Source: Chrysomallon squamiferum
Taxonomy: Eukaryota; Animalia; Mollusca
Direction: 5' to 3'
NCBI GenBank assembly: GCA_012295275.1
Contig: CM022670.1
Span: 7,006,001 to 7,070,000, forward strand
DNA: 64,000 bases
This document shows positions 25,208-40,580 of this stretch, in pieces (positions within the stretch are counted from its first letter, which is position 1; the number at the start of each line of letters is the position of its first letter). Under the pieces are notes generated by a model. The model had not been told where the DNA came from, did no database searches, and saw only the letters and a program-made list of their open reading frames with translations. Made by a program: the position numbers and the translations under genes.

Positions 25208-26195
25208 AATATTTATGTATTCAGTTTGCTTTGCTTCAGTAAAAATACAAAATATATTTTGTTATAAGTAGCTTATTTCTTCAGAAATAAATTCTTGAAC
25301 TCAACTACCTTTTTCGATTATGGGTCATTAAAAGCCAGTCACTTTCTTTGAAAATTATTTTTTAATTCCTAATGAAAGAAAACAAGACGTATTATTATAC
25401 GCATAACTTAATAAGCCTCGCCCGTTTGTTTCTTTTCTCTTCGCGTTGTAAACAGTGATTGTTCATCGGACAGTTCCACTCTAGCACAGAATAAAAACTA
25501 AATAAAGGATCAAAAATATCTGTCATTTGTTGCTGGTTGTATTCAATTATTAAATCAAAAACATTCAAAGGCACATTTCAAGAAAAGTGTAACGGCTTTA
25601 TCAGTCAGAGGCACGTTCGTTCCACCCACCTTTTTTTAGTTCTACTGGTGTGTGGACGCGGTGTCGTGGGTGCCTGGTGCGCAGTGTTTAGGGTAACGCT
25701 GTTTGACATGTGCGTTATTTCGCCGCGCGACGTCCTGCTCAATGCCTCCCTTAAACTAACACAAGTAACAGGTTGAAGACGAAAAGCAGAAAGAAAGTGG
25801 CAAATAGACACGCGTGTGAGAGAATCCGTTCTTAGACGATCAGAAATTAAAATCATTTCGTTCGCGAATAATGCCCGTAATGGCAGCCGGAAGTGTCTCG
25901 GAACTTCGTCAGTTTGATCGACAACCGTCTTTCATTATAAAAGCGGTCTCTACCGGCGTCGCTATCTTTCCTTGAACGTAACGAAGCCACGTGAACAGTG
26001 TTAGGAAAGTAACAATAAATTTATTTTAATTGGTGTCTGACCAGTTGTTTCGTATTATATTTGAAATAACATTTCTAGTTATGAGAAAAGTTTTTTAAAA
26101 ATCATCACGTTTACAAATCACTGGTCGTGATTTCTCGCTTGAACGCCTCTGTGAAAGGCTTTTCTTTTTATTGTTTTCGTCAGGTCTGGCGCTGC

Positions 26196-26211
26196 ACGCC
26201 TCCTAGTGGCA
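26196..26211 (-). promoter_or_regulatory. CTCF-like motif
   Basis: Minus strand TGCCACTAGGAGGCGT versus core CCACYAGRKGGCR, one mismatch. Confidence 0.45.
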
Positions 26212-27313
26212 GAATCCTCACAACACACATACGCACGTGTTACTCATCAAAAAGATATTTTATTGGCGCACACTAGGACACAAGATTATTGTAAGAACGC
26301 TGATTTGAATTGTTTTGTAACAATAGAGTTTATTATAGAAATATTATGTTTGTTTCTATGAACAGTTGTTGTATGTTCGTTTATTTATTTATTTGTTTTC
26401 AAAAAAATATATATTTTCCATATTTGTTTCGTTCTGTCTGACTAATTTATATGTATATTTATCTATATTTATCTGGTTTATTTTATGTTCGGTTTTTCTT
26501 TTCTTTATGATGTTATTTTCTTCTTCTACTTTTTTGTACCGTTTTACAGTGTTATGGTCAATCAATAAAAAAGAGTAATAAAAAATAATAAAAAATCAAC
26601 AGCAACAACAATGATGATGATGATTTTGATGATTACTTTGATGATCATTATTTTTATTATTGTTGTTTGTTTTTCATTTATTTATTTATTTATTTATTTA
26701 TTTATTGATCCGATTTAATTTAATTCTTTAAGAAAAATCAGTTAATAATTAACAGCAAAACAAAATAGTAAATCATATCTCCATTTTTTTTCTTCTTCTT
26801 CTTCTTCTTCTTCTTCTTCATCTTCTTCTTCTGCTTTTCATAAGTTGCAGTTCAAAGACGTGGTAAAATAGGCGTAGCGGTTGTGGTGGTGTGATGACAG
26901 TAGTAGTTGTGTAACTATAGAAGATATAAATGATTCATAACAATGTCCCCCGTGAAGACCCTCCTTTCTGAACAACAAATAGCAGGTATGTTTTGTGTGG
27001 GGTTGATGTTCGTTATGTGTTAAAAGTTGACAAGGCATATCATTGAAAACATTCAGTGTGTGTACACCTCTCTCTTTCTTCACTGCTTGCTGGCGACACG
27101 GTCGTTCAGCTCTCAACTCTTTATCTCTTTAAATGATTTTCTTCCGCGATTGTGAAAAGAAAATAAAAGACACTAAAGGTGCAGTCTGCTTTCAAGGACG
27201 AATATCCTCGGCTGGGAAATCGTGGGGTTCGTTAGCGTCAAGGATTTGAAGAGGATGTTTTTCACAAACATTTTTTTTATTATTTATTTATATATTTAAA
27301 TTTTTTTATTTTT

Positions 27314-27348
<35 letters not shown>

Positions 27349-28044
27349 ATTATTATTATTATTATCATCATTTTTTTTTTTTAATGAGGGTTTACAGTCT
27401 CTAAAGTGAAAAAGGTGTTTATGCTATACTACGTTTTTGCGATCGACGGTTGTTTGATTTTTTTTTTTTTTTTTTTTTTTTTCATCTTTGAATGTTTTGT
27501 GATCTAAATAAACAGTGTGGAAAAGGAGAAGAAGAAATAAAACAGCAAAGAAAGAATCGTTTTAATTTTTATTTTTTATTTTTTATTATTAAATTACTTT
27601 TTTTTTTTTTTTTTTTTTTTACCGAGTCATATTACTCTGCTTTGACTGCGCATTGGCTGCATTATCTTCTTACGTTACGATGCGCATAAATACGCTACAA
27701 CAATAGCAGAATAACAAACAACTGTAATAAAAAACGTAAATGACTTTTTTGAACTCACACCACAGCTCAGTTGTGTCGCGTCGGCATAGCCAGAGCACAG
27801 TGTGAAAGTTGCTTTATTCACATCGACTCTTTACAGCCTCTTGGGTGCCAGTAAGTATGTTATTATATATGAATTTTAAAGCATTAAAAACACACACACA
27901 AACACATACACAAAAATAAATTAAAAATTAAAAAAACAAAAAATTAAAAAACCCAACAAACCCCCTGATACAAATAAACAAAAACAAAAACACAGCATGA
28001 ATATAATAATGTACCTCTGTATATTTTCTACTGATGTGTATGTT

Positions 28045-28106
28045 TGCGTGTGCGTGTGTATGTGTATGTGCATGTGTGTGTGTGTGTGTGTGTACAAGGT
28101 CCCTTT

Positions 28107-28165
<59 letters not shown>
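28045..28165. repeat. (GT)n microsatellite
   Basis: Direct reading. Confidence 0.95.
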
Positions 28166-28167
<2 letters not shown>

Positions 28168-31100
28168 AACTTTTGTACCTATGTAAATATCCTATTTTTT
28201 TGGTCTGTGTATTGAGCGTGTTCTGTGTATGAATGTGAATGGATTATTATTATCTGTGGTTATCTCTGTGTGACAGTTTAAATAGTGTGTACTTTTCAAA
28301 GAACCATTTTAACATCTATACGTGTTTTCATACATATATGAATGTTTTTCGAATTATTCGTTATCAGCTTGAAGATTGTGTAACTGTCTATCGTTTTATT
28401 TTGGTAAAATACAGTCTTCATTATTATTATTATTATTTCTTTATTTCTTTACTTCTTTCTCTTTCTTTTTTTCTTTCTTTCTTTCTTTCTTTCTTTTCTT
28501 TATTTTTATTATTATTATTATTCTTTATTTTCTGCAATTTTAATAAGAAACATCACTGAAACTTTAAAGAACATTATTAAGTTTGTTGTTTACAACATAT
28601 TGTGAAATGTTTATGTATTTTTCAACACGATGTCTGCTAACTGGACAGTATTTACTCTGGTACATATGAACCGGTTTTGAAGAGCAAAGTTTTGCAACAT
28701 ATTAAAGCATGAAAAAAATAATAATAATAACGGCTGCAGTATTATCAATGTTCTTAAATACATTAACAAATTAATAATTAAACTCATTATCGTTGCCTGG
28801 CCATTACACGAAAAAGTAAAAAAATAAAATAAATCGACTAGAAAAAGTCAAGTAATGTTTGATTTTTGCTTTGCGCATGATCTAACCCGAGTCTTTGTTC
28901 TTCCGCCTAACTGTAACTATTGATTGACGTGTGACTTTTGACAAAACGTAGCCAGGGGGCGTGGCTTATAACGGCTCGTTCTAACAGAGGAGGAGGGTGT
29001 TACGAAAGAACGGCAAAATTTAGTGAAAAATCCGGCAGAGTGCGAACTCACAAAGCTTTTAAATTTTCTCCGTGAATATTTGATGCATAAAGAATTAATG
29101 TTGAAAAATTAATAATAAAAAACAACATTTTAATAATGTAAAATATTATTTAATTTGTTGATGCCATTCATATTATTCCGTACATTCTGTTCTTATTGCG
29201 GGTATTATAATTTACATTATTTTAAGAAAATTAAATTTATATTTAGTGGAATAATTTCTCAGTAAATATTTTAAAATATTTCTAAAGCCTTGATGCTAAA
29301 ATAATTTAATGTCCAGAAAAAAGAAAGCCTAAATAAAATATTAAACGTTTTCAATTTAAAAGTAAATAAATAAATGAATAAATAAAAGATAAACATTTAC
29401 AAAAATTATATTATTATATTATTATATTAAATTAAATGTTAGATTATGTTTATAACAAACAGTCTAACATGTGTATTATAATTCGTTCTTTATCTAGAAA
29501 ACGAAGTTAAATTTTAAAAAGTTATATGATAGTTACAGGTTTTGTTCGCATCTGAGAAAAAAAATATGACAAATAATATATGTAAAAAATACAGTTAGGA
29601 TTAATTTTTAAAAAATGAAGTACTTTTGTACTTCAGCTGAAATTCTTACCACTATGGCAAATAAATAGAGCGAAAAATTATTAAATAGAAATATTATCGC
29701 TGCTCATATTTTAATGTCTGTAAAGATGAAAAAGGCAGGTTTTAAAAAATCTATTATATCACGTTTTCCTTTGAAAAACAGGTGCACTCATTTCGTTATT
29801 CGTACAGTGTGTGAAGTAACAGGTATATTTTATTTCACTTGGTATTATGTCATTTTATTAAGATTTCAAGACCACTATAGACCTTAGTGAATATGGTTTT
29901 AAATTTCTTGTTTTAGAACTGAAGGAGATATTTATTTATTTTGTAGTTAATATTTAATTCTTAAAGATCAGAAAGAAAAGAGAGATCTGGTATTTTTCTT
30001 AGAACAAAAAGACGTTAAAAAGTCGATCAAAACAAAACTTAAAACGCTAACAATTTTTGCTGCTTGAAATAATTTATAACTGCTTTATGTAATTGTGTTA
30101 TTTACTGCCAAATGTCACGTATTTATATTTTAAAATGTGTTAATTACAATATACTGAAAAGAAACATAAATTGAAAACAAAAAAAGAAATTAATATTCTG
30201 AAGAACTGAGAGATAAGCGTGTTCAACGCGTTTTACTGAGCCCAGTTCTTTGCATAAACAAATAAAAAGAACAAAAGAATATTGTCAGCATATAAAAGAA
30301 TATATAAATAATTAAATAAATAAGTAAAACGTCTTTATTCGAAGGCTGTACGTGTTTAAAATGAGTATTTACACGGAGTCGTGTAGAAAGGTTTTCACCT
30401 CACGCTGTCACTATGCGTTCATCGAGTCCCGCCGATCTGCACACAATGGCCTATTTCAATGATAATAGCTTGCCGGAACGGATGTGCTGTGAGAGTTATC
30501 GCGCGGCGTCTGTCGGGAAGGAAAAGTTTTTGAACTTTTTAGCGCCAAAGTCAAGCTCGTCTACCTGCTTTCGATGTTCGTGTCTAATCGGCGTTTAAAA
30601 TAGGAAATCCGCGCTGAAACTTTTATATAAAGAAAGAGAACATGCAGGACATTTGCCCGACATGCAATATAACGCCATTTGGGACGACTTAATGCAGCAA
30701 GAGGTGTATTTATTGGCATCTGTTTCCTGCGAGATAGAGTGAAAAAAAAACGCTGCATCTCTTGTTCGGCATTAACTAACGTAGTAGTTAGGGGAAAAGA
30801 GCCAGGTCTACATGTTAAATGTGACTGTGTAATGAGAGAGCGAAACTGGAGTACCAAATTAAAAGTTATACGCATAATCTACGACACTTAAACATGACTC
30901 GCTCTGCTATGACGTCAACTTGAGGCAGTAGGAACAATGACGAAATGGGCCAATTTCCTTGCCTAGGATGTGATTAACGCACCGGGTGGTTGTTACCACG
31001 CATTAGCCAGAGTAACTGTACAACATAAAACTTGCCGGAGTTGACACCCCTTATCAAAGAAGACAATGTGAAAATGGTCTCCGTGTTGAATAGGCATGTT

Positions 31101-34100
31101 GAAAAAAAAAGAAAAAAAAAAGAAAGAGAGAACGGTTCCTTGATGCAGAGGGTCCCGTTAAACTTGGAGATGTGTTCTGCATCTGCTGCGACATATGTCA
31201 GTGATTGGCGGGCTCTCGTGCTCGTTCGCTAACTGATTATTAGTTTATTGCCATCCTTTAATACACCTCTTAGCAGTTTTCAAATGATTTCATCAAGTTT
31301 TTTTATTCTTTCAAACGTATGAATAATTCATCCGAGGCGGAGTACATCAAAACCCTTGTCAAGACGTCATATAACGGGACTTACTCGATCATGTCAAATT
31401 ATAAATTCAAAGGCTCTTGTATCATTGTTTTTGCCCGCTTTCTGGCACTAGGCAGGGGGTCGTGGGTGGCTATTTTCATTTCCATCTTTTTACTCCTGGT
31501 TCCTCTCTATTTTTTAATTTGTCCTTTTTAATGAATATTGCATCTGCTGCTGAAGGCCTGGCTGAGGCAGGTGATCGTGCTTAAATACAAACTTCTTGTC
31601 TCACCCTTCCCAGTTCGTTTCTCGCCTGTTTGAAACGCGTGTGCAACTTCCATACGAAATGGCGCACTTCACATTGCCAAATTGCTGTTACGTACAAATT
31701 ATTGGGCATATTCAGATCGAGCTTTCAGCAAACAAAGCAGCCCACGACAAAAGTTAAACACATGCTTTTCTCTGATGCAAGTGCAAAACGCACGCTATTA
31801 AACTAACGAGAATACGTTCACGTGGCGCGCATTAAAAACAAACCTCTCCCTAGACGTTTATCTCTCAGTGAAATATCTAACCAATATCAAACATGACGTG
31901 AAAAAAAACACACACACAATTTACGAGCAAGATTTAAACGTGACATTTATTCATACGTTTTGCAGCAAGCGCCTGGAATAATGAGAGATAAAATGCAGTA
32001 ACGGTTACATATTTTTTAGCCACTCCATCAAATTTTGACTGCCAAATAGATTTTGAAAAAACCATCTGCTTTCCAGCAATATACATCATGTTAATTATGC
32101 CTTTGTACACTACTTAAAATAAATGAAGAATATTTGCATACAACTCTTTCACCTTTTTATGACAAAAAAAATATAAAAAGCCCTAAGTCTTCATCAAAGT
32201 TCTTAAACGAAATTGCTCTAAATGGATTATGAGTGAACAAAAAGGAGAAAAAGCGATTAAATCTAGTTCTTTCTTTAATCTCCTGTTAGAGACTTCTGTT
32301 TGCAAATCCTTCATGATGAATTTTTCATCTCTCCAGCCTGTGAAACACAGTTACCAAACTCGCCCACTCTCACAATCTCTGCCAGCACAAACCTTTGTAG
32401 AAAGAAGAACAAAACAAAACAAAAAATCTTAAATATTTAGTACAGCCCATTTATCAATTTTAGACGTTATGTGGGAAGTTTTGACGTAATATTGCCTCAA
32501 TTTTTTATCATGTAAAATTCTTCAAAAAATTTCACTTAATTGTTAGGACTTTCATTGTGTTGTCTCATAACTACTTAAACAAATGAAGCCAGTGGCCAAG
32601 ATGTAAAAAAAAAACCGCTAATGACATGTTTACATACGTCTTGAGAGAAAAATTCTGCAATAAATAGATTTATTTACATCACGGAAACTCACCTGTTAAG
32701 CATATTGAAGTTGGAGTTAACTTTCTCATAAATTTACATCTCAGATTGTGCTTAGACCGTTTTGTTGTTATTTCTTTACTCCGCTTTGAAAAAAAATCGT
32801 TAATAGCCTTTGGGTATTGGCAAATAAAACAGAAAGAAGCCAACTTTGACTAAAGGAAAGCAGATGACTATTTTTCATAAAGATTTCCAAGAAACACATG
32901 ACATCATTAAAGGGTACTTCATAGGCTTTGAGAAAATCTGAAGCAGTTCTGTTTTAGTTTTTTGATTTTACTGTTAAATGATCCTGAGTCTCACTACAGA
33001 AAAAAAAAAAATCAAAACTTGTGACAGCAGAATCAACTGATAAGAAACTCTCTCGTGCATTTTGCTTCATAACTACTGGTTAAATTTTTATTAAAATATC
33101 GTCTACCTGCTGCCCATTTTTTAAATTTATTTAATTTATTTTATTTTACTATTAGTTTTAATTAAAAATATTGTAGCTGTTTTTCAAAACTTTCTGTTAG
33201 ATTCCTTATTTCAAAAGATTATATAATATGTAAATCATAAAAACGAATACTTTTCAAAAAACTATTTGAGTTCTGTTGGACTTGAAATTAGACAAAGATA
33301 TCAAAAATGCTATTTCATTTATAACTTTTCTTTCTATTGACAAACTTTTTCGCGCTTAGATACTTTAAATATTCTTAAAAGGAAAGTTCAAGAATGTGCA
33401 CTGAAATGTCTATTAAAAATAAATTATTCTGAAATTTAAAAAAATAGTACACTCTAGTTAGAAACAAAAGTTTGAACTTTTACAGAAGTTAATCTATCGG
33501 ACATGAAGAGTTACGGAGGACAATGTATTCACAGGTCGATTCAGGAAGCCGAATGCTAAAAACTCTTTTCTAACATGTTAACTTACGATGTTTTGTTTTT
33601 CAAACGTCATGCTTGTCTTTCTCTGACCAGATAAGAAATCATTCTGTTAAAATGAGTACAATGAAGGGCAGTACATAGTTTCCAAACATATAACATTAAG
33701 CTGATCGATTACAGCTGTTTACAGACATGAGGTTAAAAATTAAATCATAGCACAATAATATATAGGACGTACATATAGAGACAGACACGTGTACGCATGT
33801 ATAAAGGAATATACACTCCTGCCTAGCTACCAACCTGCATACCTACATACATACATACATTCATACATATATACACACACACACACACACAAACATATAT
33901 ACACATATTCATACATACATACTAACATACAAACATAAATGCACACATACATATACGTATGCATATACACATACATACTTACATATACATACACACACAT
34001 ACATTATACCTATGCATAAATATATAATGAAATTTTATCGTCATAATCATAACGATGCTGTATTCATTGTTTTGATTGTTTGTTATTCGTAGTAAAAAAT

Positions 34101-34174
34101 AATTATCATGGTGATGACAGAGGTGTTGGAATCTAAAGTGATGAAACGGAGATGAAATTATGACAAAAATGGAG

Positions 34175-34175
<1 letters not shown>

Positions 34176-34218
<43 letters not shown>

Positions 34219-34870
34219 GCCATTTATAAGGAACTGAACATGATAAGGATTGTTGTTGTGAAATGACAACGCAGATGATGATGATAATGATGATATGGTT
34301 ACGTTATTGAAGATCTGGTTGTGATTGTAATTACGATGATGATGATGTTGATAATGATTATGATGTTATGATGATAGTAGCTGCCATAGAAACAGAAGCA
34401 GGAGAAGAAGCAGTAATAAAAGTAAATGTAGTAGTGACGTCAAACAGAAATATTAGCAAAAGTAGCAATGGTATGGTAGTATTAGTAGCAGCAAAACTAC
34501 CTGAGTAGAAAGGTCGTAGTAGTAGTAATAATAGTAATAATAATATCAGTAGTACTAGCAGTAGTCATAAAGAAGGTAGTAGCAAAGTGATGGTGGTAGT
34601 AATAGTATAAGGTACAGTAATGGTAGTAATAGAAGTAGTAGTGATATTGTAATGGTATCAGTAGTATAGTGGTAATTTTAACAGCAGCAGTAATAATAGA
34701 AGCAGTAATGGTAGTAATAGTACTAGTAGTAGTAGCAGCAGCAGCAGCATTATTAGTGTAAAGATAGTAGTAGTATTAGTAGTAATAACTGTAGTTAGTA
34801 ATAATAATAGTAGTAGCAGCACAAGCTGTAATAGTATAAGTAGTAGTAGTGGTAGTGACAGTAACAGAAG
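34176..34870. repeat. (TGA)n and degenerate (AGT/AGC)n low-complexity tract
   Basis: Pure tga run at about 34176-34214, then ~500 bp of decayed agt/agc/aat triplets. Confidence 0.85.
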
Positions 34871-35138
34871 TAGGACAGGATTTACGTTTAAATATGATTA
34901 CATCTGAATTTCATATAGTTTATACAAGTAATCTGCAGTCTTTTTTTTTTTATAACATTTTAAAAATTGTGTGCATAAAATAAAGTTTGTATATGCAAGT
35001 AATCACTATTTCTGCTGCTCGAAAAAAAATTCGGATAAGGGAACCTTGATTTAATAGATTACAGTAATAGGAAAAGTAATAGTTGCTATAGTAGTAGAAG
35101 AGTAGAAGAATTACTAGCAATGGGATAGTAATAGTGGT

Positions 35139-35190
<52 letters not shown>

Positions 35191-35275
35191 CAATAGCAGA
35201 AGAGAACAAAGCTATAAGGTATCCCTGTTTCTCTTTCTCCCAAACCCTCTTATTTTCTGTTCCCTTCTCATCACC

Positions 35276-35353
<78 letters not shown>
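35139..35353. repeat. (TAG)n and (CT)n microsatellites
   Basis: Direct reading. Confidence 0.9.
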
Positions 35354-35357
<4 letters not shown>

Positions 35358-36474
35358 GTCTCTGTCTCTCATCAAGTCACTGAAGTAAATTAAATCTAAA
35401 GAAAAACCCACGTAAATCCCATTTTGTGTATCCAGCAGTCCATACATGAAGCATACTAATGCTACTGTTAGATAATTATGCCAATCAGTCCGTTCTCTGC
35501 GTCTCAGGCTATTCCAGTAAGTGGTTTTCTTTACAATCTTACAATTATAAGTTGCAGAAGGTGTAGCGTTTTAAGAATTATTACGATAATAGGTTCAAAG
35601 GGGAGAAAATAGACGAGAAAGATTTCGAAATTTTCACATTATAATTTTATCTAAATTAGTAAGGTTGTAAGCGGCCATCTGCGCAAATGGTGTCCCGTCT
35701 AATCCGCGGAAAGTCGATTATGTTGTCTGGTAAAGAAGTATGCGATAGGTGCACTTACCGCCTTAAGCCATATGGGTTATTACCGTGTTGGGGGAGTTAT
35801 CGTTTTTATGTTACTAACGACAATACCTCGTCTAGAAGTAAATGTATTTTCCGAGGGCTTTTCATCTCGAATAAAACCAAACATCTACAGAAAGTCGTTC
35901 AGTACTTAGTAAAAAAAAAAATAATAATAATCTGTTACCTCTCGAGATTTCTTCCAGTTTCTTTACACTTTTTATATTTTTAATATTTATTTATTCTACA
36001 TATCATGGCCGCCATTGTAAAGAGTAGGTTAGATTTATTACTTACGCACAAAGCAAACAGCCTGTTTAAGGGTTTCGAGTCGTGATTTATTCAACAAGAA
36101 ATTTGTCCTCACGAGGTCGACGTCGTTACAGACATTTTATTTGACTTTAAAAGCAGAGTAAGAAAAAGCAATGTAAGGAGCATGCCAGACGGTTTCGGGT
36201 GAGAGCGAGTTCGTGCGCAGTGCCCAGAAGCAGGTTGAATTGTTTGGGAACAATGGTTTGCCTTGTAAATCAAACTACAACTGGACAGCTATATATTCTG
36301 TTGACATTTATCATAAACGTTACACGCGCCGCGTCTTGTGTCTTCAACACACTGATGTAGCTGTAGAGATGTTATTGATGTAAATGTGTAAGCGATACGA
36401 TGTGCATGTTGACAAACACAGATGTGAACTGGAAACCTGTTTTGTTTTGTTCTGATTTATCTTTTATTGACTGC

Positions 36475-36540
<66 letters not shown>

Positions 36541-36624
36541 GTTGTTGTTGTTGTTACTCTTGCTGTTGGTACTGTTATTATTTTTGTAGTAAATTTTATT
36601 TATTTATTTATTTAATGTAATTGC

Positions 36625-36689
<65 letters not shown>

Positions 36690-37123
36690 TAAAATCATAA
36701 TCATCATCATCATCATTATTATTATTATAACTGTTGTTTTTGTTGTCGTTATTATTATTGTTTTTGTTGTTACTGCTGCTGTTGGTACTATTGTCATCGT
36801 TACTGTCATCATTTCTGTAGTAAATTTTAATTTTAATAAATTTATTTATTTATTTCATTGTTCAAATGTCTTGAGGGGTGATATTTATAGGCATTTATAT
36901 TTTAGTTTTCATTTCTTTTTCTTTTTTAAATTAGTTATTTATTAATTAATTTTAATTCTTTTTTTTTTTTTTTTTTTGTCTTCTTCTTTTATGAGGAAAT
37001 ACATTTTTATTCTACAAGAAAAATGTATATAACTATTATTAATATTATTATTGTTGTTCTTGCTGCGTTATCGTTGTTGTTGTTGTTGTTATTATTATTA
37101 TTATTATTAGAAATGGCCAGAGC

Positions 37124-37239
<116 letters not shown>

Positions 37240-38252
37240 TAGTTATAAATTGTAATTATAAAAGGTGACAAGATAGAAATTCAGTGACATGAAATACGTA
37301 AAATCAACAAACTGACTGATGGTTTAATTTAACGGGCTTCTAACTGATCATCAGTTATTTTAATACTACATTTAACGACAGGTTTTTTTTCTCTGAAATA
37401 CAATATGTATTAGAAAAGAACCGTAATATCTGTGTAAGCGAGACTTGGCTGTGGCGATAACCCTCTTGACTTCGCCGCCCATTCAACTACGAGCAATAAA
37501 CCTGGGGCCAGAAAATCAGTGAACCTTTCAAAAGCCACCACGCTAAGGCTAACTTGTTTGCCCCTCGCATAGTCACAGTTAACTCACAATCCATGAACAG
37601 CGACGTGAACCTCCTGCAGCGTCCTCTACCACGACCCGAGTTGCAGAACTGCTGAAACAACTTTTGTTCTTAACAGAATCAAAAGGTCAAAGAAAAAAAA
37701 AAAAAAAAAAACGTTATGCGGAAAATCAGTTTGAACAGATGGGAGTTGTCTTTCTTCACAGGTGGACATATTTTTTACTAAAGCGTTAATTTTTTTTTCC
37801 CCTTTCGGGAATTCTTTTTTTTATTATTATTTTTTTTTTTTAAATCTTTTCGTTTGGCCATGCAACGAACAATCTGCCAGTACTTTTTTTCTTCAAGGCA
37901 GTCCTCGATTTGAAGGAACTGTGATGTGGCAAAGATGTCCTATAATTTGTCGCAACAGTCATAAACAAATTGGTGGCCATGTTTGAACGCCATGGGGTCG
38001 CTTATGAATGAAATAATCATGACGGGCTATTAATTGGGATTAAGCGAGGGAAAAAGATGTCAAATTCTGATGAAAGAAAGACGAAAATGACCAACCAGCA
38101 TCTTAACGTTTTAAGTCGTAACCCACATAAAAATAATTTTAAACAAAAATAAAATAAATGTTCGCCGTCAACAGATCATAATGTGAATAATAGAGGTGAA
38201 AATGTCATATTTTTACAATAATTAATTTGTTCTTTTTTTCCTGTTTATCAAT

Positions 38253-38255
<3 letters not shown>

Positions 38256-38337
<82 letters not shown>
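38256..38337. repeat. (CT)n microsatellite
   Basis: Direct reading. Confidence 0.95.
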
Positions 38338-38339
<2 letters not shown>

Positions 38340-40549
38340 GCATTTCACACACATTCCTTTATTCTCACGCTTGTTCTCGTTTTCTATTCTCTGAATTAAA
38401 AAAAAAAATGAAATAAGAAAGAAATAAAATACTCATTATCAATTATTTATACTAAACGTATTTATAACTGACGTCATCTTACACTGCACATTAATTCTTC
38501 CGAAAGTGAGGCTATTTAACTCGAATATGATATATTTCGAATATCCGAGTACCACATATGACATATAAAACTATTTTGCTTAATCCGCTTTTAAAAATCA
38601 CCCAATTAATAAATACGTGTATAGAGAGATGTTGCAAAAGTAAACAGAAGTATAAAAGTCCATAATTTTAATATAAAATATAAAATCATTTTCTTACCGA
38701 AGAAGCAGAAATACTGTAATATTGGAGATTAATTTTACAAATGAAACCAGTTTTTTAAATCAAACTAATTTTGTTAACACTGACTTACGTGGCTAATAAT
38801 CACTGATTTTTTTTACTTTATTTCTTTTCTTCTTATTTTCTACATTTTTTTTTTTTTTTTAAATAAATAAATAAATAATTACGCTTTTTAAAAGATGCTA
38901 CGAAAAGATCTTTGTTGCCGAAAAGTAAATGTTATGACATGTACTATTTCCAGCTTTACTCCAACTTCGGATCAAACAAACACAAACACGGACCGCGTCA
39001 GAATCTTTTGTACCCCGCGTTTTTCAGACTGACCGGATTGTTAAGCGTGCCAGTGGCCAGAGGCAAGTGACCACGGCTCTAATGAAGATGTCCAGCAAGA
39101 GATGGACAAAAGTGGACACGCCTACAATAAAGGTCTTTATTTACGTCGGGTCTTCTTTATTTTTCACGGCTCTTTGAAGCTGCTAACTGTTGGTAACGTC
39201 TTTTTGTGTGAAACTGGTGTAAAGGCTCGGCGGTGTAAATTATATTACTTCTACCTCGCTGGAGTCTCTTACTTACACACGGGACGTCTGTAATCAATTT
39301 ACTGCATGTGGAGGGGGTATGGATGCGATAGGGTGGGGTCAGTGTCTTAAAGCTTTCCCCAAGCGGGTTTGGTGTTGGTTGGTTGTTTGTGAGGTTAATC
39401 TATATTTTAAAAACTGTATTTATAATGTTTAAAATATACGCCTGAAATTTATTCTGTTTGTTATATATAGTTCATTTCGCATATAAAAGTTACTGAATTT
39501 CCCTCCCCATTACTTCATACTACAGATTTTTCCTAGTCGTTTATACACTCATATTTATTTTCATTTTTAATTACTTTATTTTGCATCTCTTTAATTTAAT
39601 TAGCCTTGTTTTATTTCATTTTATTTCATTATTAATGTTTGTGGGTTGTTGTTTTTTTACATTTTTATTCATTCATTCATTCATTCATTTATTCGTCCAT
39701 TGAACCAATTTGTTTTAAATTATCTTCTTTATTCTGTTCTTTTTTCTTTTTTTTCTTTTTTTTTCTGTTCTTTATTTTGTTTACACAACCTGGACAATTT
39801 CTCATATCAAATCGCAGGAAGAAAAATAACAAAAAATAACAGCCAAACATTTATGCAAATTAATTTTGATTGACTGTTTCCATGGCTCCAATTATTTTTA
39901 GGAGCGGGAAAGGTTCTGAAATAGCCCGCGCAAACCCACAGCCTATTAAATTACATATAAACCGCAAGATTTATAATCATCTCTGCAGCCCGGGGCTATG
40001 TGCGGCAGTAAATGAGATTTCGTTGGTATGCCCCACCCCCGCACAACGTTAGGACCGTGTTATTGTGTTATCCCACGTGGACGTTATGGCCCGTGGCCCG
40101 TGCAATCCGTGATGCGTTATTTCTGGTCACATGTATACTAATGAGTTGGTTTTTGCCGTTGTTTGGTTTTCAGCGCAATCACAAATGATCCATTGTGTTT
40201 TCCATTGTCGTCGAAGTTGTAGATTATGCTGTCCATGTCAGTTTGTGGTTATGTGGTTAACCACGTGCATGATGGAGAAAACTTTGCAGATTCTGAAGCT
40301 ATGTTATTACCACTGACTGCAGAATTCAAATTAAAACTTTTTTTTTAGTTATTTTAGTGTGTTTTCTTGTCTTTTTATTTTTTATTTTTTACATCTATAA
40401 AATTCTTCTTAAAATCTATTTTTCCCCCTTATACATAAATACAAACAGAAACAGAAACAAAGAGAAAGGAAAGCAAATAAGAATTATTAGAAAAGTTTTA
40501 TAATTTATTTTTATAACTACTAATAAAATAAATTGAAACAGCCCCTTAC

Positions 40550-40580
<31 letters not shown>

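Noticed and set aside
30413-31531. Run of short ORFs in a complex block, possible hidden exons or a Cdx remnant
   Set aside because: No homeodomain, hexapeptide or other recognisable motif and no consistent splice phases; more likely non-coding regulatory DNA.
33979-34269. Poly-His ORF
   Set aside because: Reverse translation of a (TGA)n microsatellite.
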